Part shown: piece after piece, positions 1 through 8,891 of the stretch
Position numbering within the stretch: the first letter of the stretch is position 1
How the letters are laid out: the number at the start of each line of letters is the position of its first letter
DNA from: a virus
Lineage: Duplodnaviria; Caudoviricetes
IMG/VR virus record: IMGVR_UViG_3300023278_002714
Span: 1 to 24,191 of that record
Length of the DNA: 24,191 bases
Reading direction: 5' to 3' (one strand)
The notes under the pieces: model-generated
What the model saw: the letters and a program-made list of their open reading frames with translations, nothing else
Databases searched by the model: none
Told to the model about the DNA's origin: nothing
Position numbers and translations under genes: made by a program

Positions 1-1
1 C

Positions 2-670
2 AAGCTGTAACTCGAAGCCCTCTAGATCATCTTCGTCAATAGACTTCATTTTCATCAAGCCGTTCTTTTTTAAATTAAATTTTAAAAATAAAAATTCAGA
101 TGTTCTATTTACGTATTCTGGAAAAAGGGTTTTAACTGCAAGAGAATACATGTAGTCTTGAAGGTTGTCTTCTTTTTCTTTACCTTCAAACATTTTCTTA
201 CTTGTCTTGTAGTCACGAATGATTGCAATTTTTTTGTCTTTATATAAAAACAGTTGGTCAATAAAACCACGAATATGATAACCGTTCTGCTCTATATCAA
301 AGTCTAGCTCAGCATGAGCTTCGTCTGGTATACCTAAGTCTTCCCCATGAAAGTTACAATCTAAGCCGTTAAGAATCATATCTTTGATAAGATTCATGTT
401 ATCATCATCGGTAACACCAAGCTCGGAGGCATCAGACATAATTAAGTCTTTTACTGCTTTAGATGCAAATGGGTCTTTACCCTTAACCACTTTATTAAAA
501 TGTGTTTTTGTTTTTTGCTTGGATAGAAACTCAAAAACATTATGACACACTGTTCCTCGACGTGCCCCGTCATTATTTGTATCGGGCAGTTTTTGTTTGT
601 ATTTGCTCCAGTATATCCAACTGCACGATTGCGCCGTTTTGATACGACTTGCTGATAGTTTAACTTCCAT
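2..670 (-). CDS. PD-(D/E)XK exonuclease, Cas4/AddB-like (3' end runs off the window)
   Basis: Not in the ORF track; translated by hand from ATG at 670: MEVKLSASRIKTAQSCSWIYWSKY...GTVCHNVFE...IRGFIDQLFLY...IIRDYKTSK. This has the SxS..C, GxxxH, GxID and DYKT motifs. It overlaps the primase stop, and the frame is open to the window edge. Confidence 0.85.
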   Translation of the reverse strand, partial: MEVKLSASRIKTAQSCSWIYWSKYKQKLPDTNNDGARRGTVCHNVFEFLSKQKTKTHFNKVVKGKDPFASKAVKDLIMSDASELGVTDDDNMNLIKDMILNGLDCNFHGEDLGIPDEAHAELDFDIEQNGYHIRGFIDQLFLYKDKKIAIIRDYKTSKKMFEGKEKEDNLQDYMYSLAVKTLFPEYVNRTSEFLFLKFNLKKNGLMKMKSIDEDDLEGFELQL

Positions 671-1700
671 TTAAAATTTTAATTAATTTTTTGCAATGAC
701 CGTTTTTTTTCAATTGCTCGTATTTGTTGATTTGTTTTATAATATACTGTTGAAAAGTATCTTGGCCCAAACTCCACTTATCTTTTCGATCATACCATTG
801 TTTGAAATTTTCTAACATACCCGTGTCACTCTCTAGCATGTCGCCAAAGTCATTGCAAATAGGAGGGTTGATTTTAATTAGAGAGAGGTCAAAGACGGTT
901 GACAGTTTTGATGCAATCTTAACTGAGGCTAAGGCTCCAGTGTTTACATCTTTACTGTTATCATTATTTGTAGCGATAATGATTCTTTTCAAATCGAATG
1001 TATTAAGATAGGAAATCATCTTAGCAGAAATGTCTAAGCCAGCCAGCATTAACACATTACTGTATCCAGCTTCATAAAGAGCCATACAGTCGCCGATACT
1101 TTCTACAAGTATAACTTCTTCTTTCTCTTCTATATTTTTATGTGAAAGATGGTGTGGGTAAATCCAATTGGTTTTGCGACCCATGTGTTTCCATTTGGGT
1201 ATGTTGTCGTCATCTTTAATGCTTCGACCAGAAAAACCGTGTATCTGATTGTCTAAATCATAAATAGGGAAGACGATCCTGCGATACATTTTACCACCTC
1301 CAGCGTAACCGCATTTAAACTTATCTTGAGTTTTAGAAGAGATGCCCTTTTTTTCGTAAAAGGTCTTCATGGGTAAAAGCTTATTTAGATGTGATTCGGG
1401 ATATATTTTTTCCATTTCTATTCTTTCTTCTATAGGTTTGGATTTATATTGTTGATCTTGGCCGTCGATTAAATATTCTTTTAGCGTCTTGGGGTCGTTT
1501 GTATTTAGAGTTTCCTGAACTAAGGCAGAAAAAGGTTTAGCTTGGCTGTCTGTGCCAAAGTCTTTCCATACACCGCTGTCTTTATAGATAATAACAGAAG
1601 TATTTGTTTTTCCATTTCTGTATATGGCACGAGTCCTCCAATGACTGCCACAGTCTTGAAGAGGGTAGCCTAGCTTGTCTAATGATTCTCTATAGGTCAT
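660..1700 (-). CDS. dnaG: DNA primase (DnaG-like, Toprim)
   Basis: RIVFPIYD...HGFSGR...KWKH, Toprim LVESIGD and ATNND, and position next to the helicase. ATG at 1700 preferred over TTG at 1703. Confidence 0.88.
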   Translation of the reverse strand: MTYRESLDKLGYPLQDCGSHWRTRAIYRNGKTNTSVIIYKDSGVWKDFGTDSQAKPFSALVQETLNTNDPKTLKEYLIDGQDQQYKSKPIEERIEMEKIYPESHLNKLLPMKTFYEKKGISSKTQDKFKCGYAGGGKMYRRIVFPIYDLDNQIHGFSGRSIKDDDNIPKWKHMGRKTNWIYPHHLSHKNIEEKEEVILVESIGDCMALYEAGYSNVLMLAGLDISAKMISYLNTFDLKRIIIATNNDNSKDVNTGALASVKIASKLSTVFDLSLIKINPPICNDFGDMLESDTGMLENFKQWYDRKDKWSLGQDTFQQYIIKQINKYEQLKKNGHCKKLIKILNGS

Positions 1701-3204
1701 CAAATGAAGGAATTTGACTTGAAGAGGATTGATTTAATTCTCCGCCAGTATTTCTAAAGTCTACGATGTCTCGCAAATCTCCACACTCTGTGATATTAAA
1801 GTTTTTAAAAGATAGATTTACGAAGTTTTTACGAAGGTTATCGTCAACTTGAACTGGCTCAACTGCCCCAGCTATATCTTTACCTAAGTGTCTAGACTTC
1901 ACGTTAATAAGTTTGTGTGTGCCAAACTGATTGCCTTCTTCTGCAACCTCGTCATTTGTTTTCTGACGTAGAATAAACATATGAGAACAGAACTGAGTAA
2001 TTCTATCAGAAAGAGAAACAATAGATTCATCATCAATGATGTTTGCGCTCTGACGATTAGTTGTAATACCGCTCCGATTTGACTGCACCGATGTAATCAT
2101 TGGTATTACTGGATTACCTTCTTCTAGTATTTCTTTTTGGATACACTTCTTAAACTTATCTACCATTTCGCCGACTGTTTGCCATTCGCTTTTGTTGCCG
2201 CCATTTTCTGAAGATGTTTTAATGTAGTCAAAAGAAAATACCATCTTGTTTCCACGACCGACTTTTGAATAGTAAAAGCGTTTTAGTGTGTTGATCATGG
2301 AGTCAACATCCATACCGCCAACGTTGTAGTAGTAAAATTGAAGCTTTTTTACCTTGCCCCAAACGGAACGGACTTTGGATACGACTTCTGGGCCAGCCTG
2401 TCTCCACTTACCACTTTCCAGTAAGTGGGATGGAACTCCAGAAATAGAGGCGCACTGTCGAATAATTAATTCTTCTTTGCTCATCTCTCCGTTATCAAAG
2501 TGCAATACTGGAACGTCATACTTGGCAGAAACTTGGGTGGCGTAGTGCATACAAAACTGAGTCTTACCCACGCCAGAACGTGCGACAATAACGGTGATAT
2601 TTCCTGGGCGCAAAAGAGACCCATAAATATCATTGATCTTTGGATGTGGTCCCATCATCCCAAACTCGTCAATTGGGTTGTTGCCTCGATCTTCGATAAA
2701 GTCTTCCATCTCCTCATAAATATTCGACGGAACATCGTCGCCAACCTCAAACAAATTAATCTTATCGTTATATATTTGATCGGCGTTTTCAATAATCTTT
2801 AAGTATGAAGTATCCGTAGATACGCTTTTCATTGATTCTGCAATGTTGTTTGCGGTCTTAGTAATTTCTCTTCGGACGCTATATTTTTTAAGCTCTTTAA
2901 TTGACGACTCAATCTTTTCTTCTGAGTTGACTCTTCTCATTGAAAGAGATCTTACATAATCAACCAGGGAAATATCCTCCTCGAACTTGATTCCTAAGTC
3001 TTTGATTCTTTGAACCAAAACTATATCGTCGACGGTCTCGTCTTTCTGACAGGCTCTTTTAAGAACTGCAAAAATAGTTTTATGGAGCAGCGATCCATCA
3101 TAAAAGTCAGACTCACCGATAAGGTGAATGAAGTTTATGAGGACCTTCGGCTTCTGGATGAAGGCGGCCAATACCTGTTTTTCTATTTCTAAGCTATATA
3201 TCAT
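1690..3204 (-). CDS. dnaB: Replicative DNA helicase, DnaB family
   Basis: N-terminal EKQVLA...DFY...HKTIF DnaB domain, Walker A ARSGVGKT, GEMS, FDYIK and QSNR. ATG at 3204 preferred over TTG at 3222. Confidence 0.92.
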   Translation of the reverse strand: MIYSLEIEKQVLAAFIQKPKVLINFIHLIGESDFYDGSLLHKTIFAVLKRACQKDETVDDIVLVQRIKDLGIKFEEDISLVDYVRSLSMRRVNSEEKIESSIKELKKYSVRREITKTANNIAESMKSVSTDTSYLKIIENADQIYNDKINLFEVGDDVPSNIYEEMEDFIEDRGNNPIDEFGMMGPHPKINDIYGSLLRPGNITVIVARSGVGKTQFCMHYATQVSAKYDVPVLHFDNGEMSKEELIIRQCASISGVPSHLLESGKWRQAGPEVVSKVRSVWGKVKKLQFYYYNVGGMDVDSMINTLKRFYYSKVGRGNKMVFSFDYIKTSSENGGNKSEWQTVGEMVDKFKKCIQKEILEEGNPVIPMITSVQSNRSGITTNRQSANIIDDESIVSLSDRITQFCSHMFILRQKTNDEVAEEGNQFGTHKLINVKSRHLGKDIAGAVEPVQVDDNLRKNFVNLSFKNFNITECGDLRDIVDFRNTGGELNQSSSSQIPSFDDL

Positions 3205-3211
3205 TGTCGCA

Positions 3212-3239
3212 ATACTACACAATGATTTTGTTTTGTCAA
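3212..3239 (-). promoter_or_regulatory. Sigma70-like promoter for the helicase-primase-exonuclease unit
   Basis: Minus strand reads TTGACA(3239-3234)-N16-TAGTAT(3217-3212)-N7-ATG, in one of the few intergenic gaps. Confidence 0.6.
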
Positions 3240-3245
3240 GGTTTA

Positions 3246-3482
3246 TTAAGCCTCTTCTTCTGAAAAATCTTCGTTACTTGCTTGTAGGTAATCTTCTAGG
3301 GATTTTATTAAGCCATTTTCTAAAATTTTAGACTCACAGCTTGTATATACAATAGGAGTCCCTTTTTCGTCTGCGTAAGCCATGATAAAACCTTTATAGG
3401 ATTGTTTTCCTCCAGTCAACTCATAAAGTTGGTTTAAGATCTTATCGGGTAGCTTGAATTCTTTAAATTTTGGCGTTTCCAT
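3246..3482 (-). CDS. Hypothetical protein (78 aa, acidic C-terminus)
   Basis: Fills the gap on the coding strand and is preceded by the AGTGTAA motif. Confidence 0.75.
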   Translation of the reverse strand: METPKFKEFKLPDKILNQLYELTGGKQSYKGFIMAYADEKGTPIVYTSCESKILENGLIKSLEDYLQASNEDFSEEEA

Positions 3483-3492
3483 GTAAATTATT

Positions 3493-3499
3493 TTACACT
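3493..3499 (-). promoter_or_regulatory. AGTGTAA motif (putative phage-specific promoter)
   Basis: AGTGTAA-N10-ATG(3482). The same motif precedes three other starts. Confidence 0.55.
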
Positions 3500-3899
3500 A
3501 CCCTAAAAGCTTTGCGAAAAATTCTTCTGATAATTCATCATCTGGATAAATTTCTATCAATTCTATATCATTCATTTCACAAAACTCTATTTTTTTGTTA
3601 TCCCTACGTATTTGACGCACAAAATTAGCCCTAGTCTTGTGAAAATGCTTAACAAACTTTAAATGCTGCGCACCTTGCACTTCTATTGCTATTTTTCTAT
3701 TATGATTATAAAAATCTAAGGATAGTTGAGTTCCAACCACCCTAAATTCCTCATATACGGCATCGTATTTCCAATACTTATATAGGTATTTTCTTACTTC
3801 TGCTTGAAATTTACTACGACATTTGCCGTTCCACTTGATTTTATACTTGTGTGGACTTCTAAGGGGTTTTTCTTTGCCGTATAAGGTTATAAACTTCAA
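3498..3899 (-). CDS. DUF559/Vsr-like PD-(D/E)XK endonuclease
   Basis: RSKFQ...LSLDFY...IAIEVQGAQH...RRDNKKIEFC...IELIEI pattern. TTG start overlaps the upstream TGA stop. Confidence 0.8.
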   Translation of the reverse strand: MKFITLYGKEKPLRSPHKYKIKWNGKCRSKFQAEVRKYLYKYWKYDAVYEEFRVVGTQLSLDFYNHNRKIAIEVQGAQHLKFVKHFHKTRANFVRQIRRDNKKIEFCEMNDIELIEIYPDDELSEEFFAKLLG

Positions 3900-5008
3900 A
3901 CCAGTTCACCGATATTAGATTTAAAATAATTTATTAAAAATTGCGAAAGAGATTCATTTTCTTCAACCATCTTGAATAGATTAGCTTCTCCTTGCACTTT
4001 TTCTGGTAAATCTTCTACCACTTCAGCCACAAGCTCTTTAAACTCTTCGCCAATGGTGATCCAAGCACCCTTTTTGGTGACGAACTCCCACATATACAAT
4101 AAGTCGACAAGCTCCTTCTCCACCCAAATAGACCTGCCTCCAGTTCTACCGTATCTAATAGGGTAGGGAATGGTGTTATTTGTCTTTTCATTTGGAGATT
4201 TCTTGATTGTAGCTTTCGCCCAGTGACCAATAATAGGGTTTGTCTTAGGATCTGGCTGCTTCTTTGTTGGGTCTTGTAAAATCATATCAGACTTAAAACG
4301 AGGCTCAAACTCGATAATATAGTTGGCGAAGTGCAAAAGTGCATTACCTCCTGTTGCTGACGTCTGACGTATCGGAGCTTTGGAGTAGGGGTCTAACTTG
4401 ATGTCTGCCCTCACTTGGCTAATGAAAATGGCCATGTGGCCCCTTTTTGCAAGAGAAATTGACATTCTCTTCATAAAATTAGCCGCAATTACGGCTCCAC
4501 CAGCTACTTTATTGGAATCATAAAAAGATTTATCTATATCTTGTTGTGATATTAACCCATCTACTGAGTCTAATATAAAGCAGTAGCGATGCTTATCTTC
4601 GTTTTGATCTACTAAGGTCTTAATAGCATCAACTACAACCTCATAAATGTTACTCTCAAAAACAAAGCAAGTGCCTGCAACCCAGTCTTTTGCATCATAC
4701 ACAAAATTGACACCAGAACGAGCCACCATCTCATTTGAAAGGCGACCTTCCGCCTTAATGTAGAAACCCTTACCTTGTTCCTGTGTGTTTAACATATTTT
4801 TCATAACTTCAAGGGCTGCTGAAGTTTTACCACCCTCGTTCATGCCTACAAACCTGTGAAGCCCTGGCCCAAAACCACCGTTAAGGTTTAAGTCTAGTTG
4901 AAGAGATCCGCTTGATGCCTTGTAATCAATCGACTCTTCGAAGTTATAATGCTGTCCCTTTTTGTCTTTGAGGAACTTTTCTAGTATTTCTGAATCTTTA
5001 TCGCTCAT
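3896..5008 (-). CDS. recA: RecA/UvsX-like recombinase
   Basis: SSGSLQLDLNL.GG, Walker A GMNEGGKT, IKAEG, Walker B FILDSV, IFISQVR, TGGNALLHFA and KKGAW. Confidence 0.9.
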   Translation of the reverse strand: MSDKDSEILEKFLKDKKGQHYNFEESIDYKASSGSLQLDLNLNGGFGPGLHRFVGMNEGGKTSAALEVMKNMLNTQEQGKGFYIKAEGRLSNEMVARSGVNFVYDAKDWVAGTCFVFESNIYEVVVDAIKTLVDQNEDKHRYCFILDSVDGLISQQDIDKSFYDSNKVAGGAVIAANFMKRMSISLAKRGHMAIFISQVRADIKLDPYSKAPIRQTSATGGNALLHFANYIIEFEPRFKSDMILQDPTKKQPDPKTNPIIGHWAKATIKKSPNEKTNNTIPYPIRYGRTGGRSIWVEKELVDLLYMWEFVTKKGAWITIGEEFKELVAEVVEDLPEKVQGEANLFKMVEENESLSQFLINYFKSNIGELV

Positions 5009-5361
5009 TTAAATAAATCTTTTGTATTCTTTGGTTTATTATCGCTGGAAACGTAATCTTTTCCAGTCTTTTCTCCTAAAATGATAGGGTCATATTTGGA
5101 TAGGTCAACCTTAAAATTAAAATTTCTCCACTTTCTGTCCATCGTATCCCTAAGGGCTTTGGATACTATGTATGCAAGGCTATCATATTTCTTAGGAAAA
5201 GTCACAATCGCTAAGAAATCTAAAGAATATCTAGCCTCTAAATCTTTTAAAAGCTTCATCTCTCTAGCCCAAAAGAATCTTTTTTGGGCGGGCGGTACGT
5301 CAACAAGTTTGCCAATAATAGCCTGCCGTCTTTTATGTGGCGTTAATTTCTTTAAAGTCAT
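5005..5361 (-). CDS. Hypothetical basic protein
   Basis: Its stop overlaps the recA start. ATG at 5361 (alternative GTG at 5367) lies within the end of gmd. Confidence 0.72.
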   Translation of the reverse strand: MTLKKLTPHKRRQAIIGKLVDVPPAQKRFFWAREMKLLKDLEARYSLDFLAIVTFPKKYDSLAYIVSKALRDTMDRKWRNFNFKVDLSKYDPIILGEKTGKDYVSSDNKPKNTKDLFK

Positions 5362-6379
5362 GCTCACACATTCTGCACACTAATGACTTAAAGTCAACGC
5401 TTTTTTTCCATTCAAGATCTTTTTGTGCTTCAGATGGATCTCCAAGAAGAAGATCAACTTCTGCTGGTCGATAAAAGTCGGCATTAACCTTCATAAGAGT
5501 AATATTAACGGGGACTTCACCTTTTAATTTATAAACTTCATCAACGCCTTCTCCAGACCAATATCCGTAGATACCAGCGTTTTCAAAAGCGATTTCGACA
5601 AACTCTCTAACTGTATGAGTTTCTCCAGAAGCAAGAAGGTAATCCTTGGGGCTTTCCTGGTTTAGCATCAACCAGACAGCAACAACAAAGTCCTCGGCGT
5701 GGCTCCAATCTCTTTTTGCATCTACATTACCAAGCTCAAGTGGCTTAAAGTCAGCATCTCCTTGATGAATAGATTTGGCAATTCTAGCAACATTCATTGT
5801 GATTTTTCTGGTGACAAACTCTTCGCCTCTTCTTTCTGATTCATGATTAAAAAGGTAACCTTGAATGGCAAACAAATCATAAGAGTCTCTCCAAACCTTG
5901 ACGATCTGTCTAGCTGCGACCTTTGATGCTCCATATGGACTTCTTGGTCTGGGCGGGTGGTTGAGGTCTTGTGGACTATACATGACATCACCGAACTCTT
6001 CAGAAGAGCCAGCGTTATAATAACGACAATTAGGACAAATTTTACGAATAGCCTCAAGTTGGCGCATAACACCCAGGGCGTTTACGTCAAAGTGATTGAC
6101 TGGCATGTGCCAGCTGTTTCCAACAAAAGAATTTGCTGCAAAATTAATAAAAAAATCGGGCTTGATATTTTGAACCGTAGAAAAAATGCTGTGCTCATCA
6201 GATAAATCCATCTCAATAAGCTCGAATCTATCTGAGTCGACGTGCTCGATATTTCTATGATTTGGCACACTGAGCCTACGGATGGCTCCATAAATTTTAT
6301 AATCGGTATTTGCTAGAAGGTAGTCAACCATGTATGAGCCGACTTGACCTGTTACTCCTGTTACTATTACTTTTTTCAT
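5333..6379 (-). CDS. gmd: GDP-mannose 4,6-dehydratase
   Basis: TGVTGQVGSY, NFAANSFV, GSSEEFG, PRSPYGASK, LFNHESERRGEEFVTRKI, LGNVDAKRDW and FYRPAEVDLLLGDP. Confidence 0.95.
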   Translation of the reverse strand: MKKVIVTGVTGQVGSYMVDYLLANTDYKIYGAIRRLSVPNHRNIEHVDSDRFELIEMDLSDEHSIFSTVQNIKPDFFINFAANSFVGNSWHMPVNHFDVNALGVMRQLEAIRKICPNCRYYNAGSSEEFGDVMYSPQDLNHPPRPRSPYGASKVAARQIVKVWRDSYDLFAIQGYLFNHESERRGEEFVTRKITMNVARIAKSIHQGDADFKPLELGNVDAKRDWSHAEDFVVAVWLMLNQESPKDYLLASGETHTVREFVEIAFENAGIYGYWSGEGVDEVYKLKGEVPVNITLMKVNADFYRPAEVDLLLGDPSEAQKDLEWKKSVDFKSLVCRMCEHDFKEINAT

Positions 6380-6669
6380 TTAAAATATTGTTCTGAATTA
6401 ATGTTTTTGTCGTCTATAAAAATATCATAAACTGGTTTACCAAATTTTAAACTATTATATTTAACGCCAAACTTCTTAAATTGTTTTTCTGTAACTTCGG
6501 ACCAATCTATTCCAGAACCAGTTCCTCTAGCCGTCCAATAAACTATTTCGTTTCCTTGGTCGTATAGATTATTGATTGCTGCAATCCTGTCCAACATGGG
6601 CTCAGATTTGCTATAGTCTGTCCCCACAGTCTTAAAAATAGTATTGTCTATATCTACATATATAATCAT
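6376..6669 (-). CDS. Minimal capless HAD phosphatase (capsule-biosynthesis phosphatase-like)
   Basis: All four HAD motifs in 97 aa: VDIDNT, WTARG, GKP and IDDK. Confidence 0.85.
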   Translation of the reverse strand: MIIYVDIDNTIFKTVGTDYSKSEPMLDRIAAINNLYDQGNEIVYWTARGTGSGIDWSEVTEKQFKKFGVKYNSLKFGKPVYDIFIDDKNINSEQYFK

Positions 6670-7352
6670 GTATTATTATATAATAATTCTCCAACTTTAA
6701 ACTGCCATTCGTAATCTATATCAAAACATTCTAGTTCGTCCATTGGAAATAATTTGATACCCCCCTCTTTTGTAAAATCTCCCATGAATTTATTTTTAGC
6801 AATGAGGTCTAATTTTGATGCATAAAGGACGTGGGCGGCTTTGTATGTGGATTCTACGGCCTTTGTATTCATTATGGTCTGATCTTTTGGCCAAGGAGTT
6901 ATCAACTTACCCTTGCGATTCCAAAAGTAATCTTTTTGCTCTATAACGCCAAAAAGGTTTTCGTCACTAGAATTTAAAAAAGTTTTAAAAAAACTATCAA
7001 TAGTTTCCGTTTTCAGTAGGGGCGAGCATGCATTAAATTTGATAACATACTTAAATGGTAACTTGTCGTGCCATTCATAAATTTTTTGCAAAGAGTTGTC
7101 ATTATTGGCGGACTCTTCGCTTCTTTCATAAATGTTTAAATTGTATTTTTTACCAATACTTTTTAACTCTGGCTCATTAACAGAAAGGTAGATGTTTTCT
7201 TTGGGTATCTCTTTGGAAGCTAAAAGTTTTTTTATAGCTATTTCAAATAAATTAGAATCAGCGAATGGCCGAATCATCTTTTGGGGCACTCTTTCAGAAT
7301 TAAGCCTGGCTTGGATTATAACTACTACATCAGATATTTTTTTCATATGCAT
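6666..7352 (-). CDS. neuA: CMP-nonulosonate synthetase (acylneuraminate cytidylyltransferase)
   Basis: IIQARLNSERVPQKMIRPF, YERS, ACSPLL and FDIDYEWQF. Alternative start at 7346. Confidence 0.9.
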   Translation of the reverse strand: MHMKKISDVVVIIQARLNSERVPQKMIRPFADSNLFEIAIKKLLASKEIPKENIYLSVNEPELKSIGKKYNLNIYERSEESANNDNSLQKIYEWHDKLPFKYVIKFNACSPLLKTETIDSFFKTFLNSSDENLFGVIEQKDYFWNRKGKLITPWPKDQTIMNTKAVESTYKAAHVLYASKLDLIAKNKFMGDFTKEGGIKLFPMDELECFDIDYEWQFKVGELLYNNT

Positions 7353-8109
7353 AATTAAATTTACTATTTTTGCCTAAATTGTTTATAATTACATTGGGAA
7401 AATTTTCTTTTATGTATTTATCAAAAAATAGGTAATGGCTTCTCACCTCTTTGTAGTGTGATATTTTATTTTTTCTAAATAGTTTTTGTGTTTCAAATGC
7501 ATGTGGAATTGATTTTGTATAATTAAAGTTATCGGGAACTCCATCTAGTCCAATAAAATCAACTTGCCTAGCTTCAAGCGCTAGGGCAAGCAAAACTATC
7601 TTGGCAGCGATGCCCGTAAATTTACTTTGATACCTGCAGGAACATAGAAAGGTTTTATCACGAAAATTGTTTACTAAGTTTTTTATATGATCTGGTCTAT
7701 GTTCTAAATCTTCTACTGCTATAATGCTTTGTTGTTCGACGCAGTAATTTAAAAAATCTTTTTTAGTCGTATCTACCTCGTTTCCAACAAAAAACAAATG
7801 AACTTTTTTGTCTTTTAATTTCTGGGACTTGTAAAAATGATTGCAAGAAAATATATAATCGTATTTATTAATATCCCAATTTATTTCATTAGTACTTGGC
7901 CCACCTCCAACAACCAGTATTTTACTATCTTTGAATTTATTTAATTCATCTAAGTCTTCTAGAATGTAATCACCCTTTTCTTTAAAGGAGGAATTTTTAA
8001 GATCTTGTCTGTTTAACCATTTTAAACCCCTTATGCTGGATTTAAATTTATTTATCTCTGAAACAAAAAAAGCTATAGTTCTGTCGTTACAGTTTTCCCA
8101 AGTTTTCAT
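7330..8109 (-). CDS. Putative sialyl/nonulosonyl-transferase, GT42 (Cst-II)/Maf-like, copy 1
   Basis: ILVVGGGPS, YIFSCNHFY, VDFIGLDG and HAFE resemble the Cst-II motifs IIAGNGPS, VFRCNQFY, LSGIDF and YAF. Lies between neuB and neuA. Confidence 0.7.
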   Translation of the reverse strand: MKTWENCNDRTIAFFVSEINKFKSSIRGLKWLNRQDLKNSSFKEKGDYILEDLDELNKFKDSKILVVGGGPSTNEINWDINKYDYIFSCNHFYKSQKLKDKKVHLFFVGNEVDTTKKDFLNYCVEQQSIIAVEDLEHRPDHIKNLVNNFRDKTFLCSCRYQSKFTGIAAKIVLLALALEARQVDFIGLDGVPDNFNYTKSIPHAFETQKLFRKNKISHYKEVRSHYLFFDKYIKENFPNVIINNLGKNSKFNYAYEKNI

Positions 8110-8891
8110 TATCTTTCCAAGTGATACATTGATCTTTGATTACCTATATATACTAATTCTATATTATGCTTTTCTAAATGTTTTTTAAGTTGATACTCAA
8201 CATTGTCTCCGTATTTGTCCCAACACTCTTTGTATTTGGGGTCATAGGGATATGGTTCTTTTTCTAAGCAAAGAGATGTAAACACATCCATGGCTCGAGG
8301 GGAGCCAAAAGCAAAGCCGTCGCAAAAGAACTCGTCCATGAAGATCATTGGAGCTACGCATTTCCAGCCACCAAAAACAAAAACTTTATTGTCGGCACCT
8401 TCTTTTTCATATATTTCTTTGATAGGTATATTTACGAAGGGAGAAAACTCAAACCTGCTTCTTACGACTATGTCGTAGTCTTCGTTTATTAATTGATTGC
8501 AAGAATGCATTTTCCATAGTTGTCTTTTTCTTAACCAATGCCATTTAGACAATTTATAATCGTCAATTGTATCATATAAATCTTCATACTCAATATGGTA
8601 TTTTTTAATTTTATCTTTTACTGGAAACAGTTCTCTTTCGGCTGTATAATTATCTATTTTATACACAGACCCATAAGACGGCAAGTTTTTTCTCCATGTT
8701 ATGCCACCTTTTAAATATTCATAAACTTGAGAACATGGCGGCAAGTTGGGTTGAAAAACCCCCTTGTGGGATACAACATCTGATGTGTATGCATATATAT
8801 CATCACAATCATTTAAAAAAGATTTTTTTTGATTTCTTAGTGCTTTGCGGAAAGCCCCTATTTGGCCAGAATAACAAAGTGCTGTTTTCAT
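8109..8891 (-). CDS. Putative glycosyltransferase-like protein (viral glyco-locus family)
   Basis: MKTALCYSGQ...YDIVVRSRFE...DGFAFGS...E..LK.HL is a pattern I recall from proteins in viral glycan loci. Context supports it. Confidence 0.5.
   Translation of the reverse strand: MKTALCYSGQIGAFRKALRNQKKSFLNDCDDIYAYTSDVVSHKGVFQPNLPPCSQVYEYLKGGITWRKNLPSYGSVYKIDNYTAERELFPVKDKIKKYHIEYEDLYDTIDDYKLSKWHWLRKRQLWKMHSCNQLINEDYDIVVRSRFEFSPFVNIPIKEIYEKEGADNKVFVFGGWKCVAPMIFMDEFFCDGFAFGSPRAMDVFTSLCLEKEPYPYDPKYKECWDKYGDNVEYQLKKHLEKHNIELVYIGNQRSMYHLER

Noticed and set aside
2-670. CRISPR-associated cas4
   Set aside because: No cas genes or array are nearby. Stand-alone PD-(D/E)XK exonucleases are usual beside phage primase/helicase genes.
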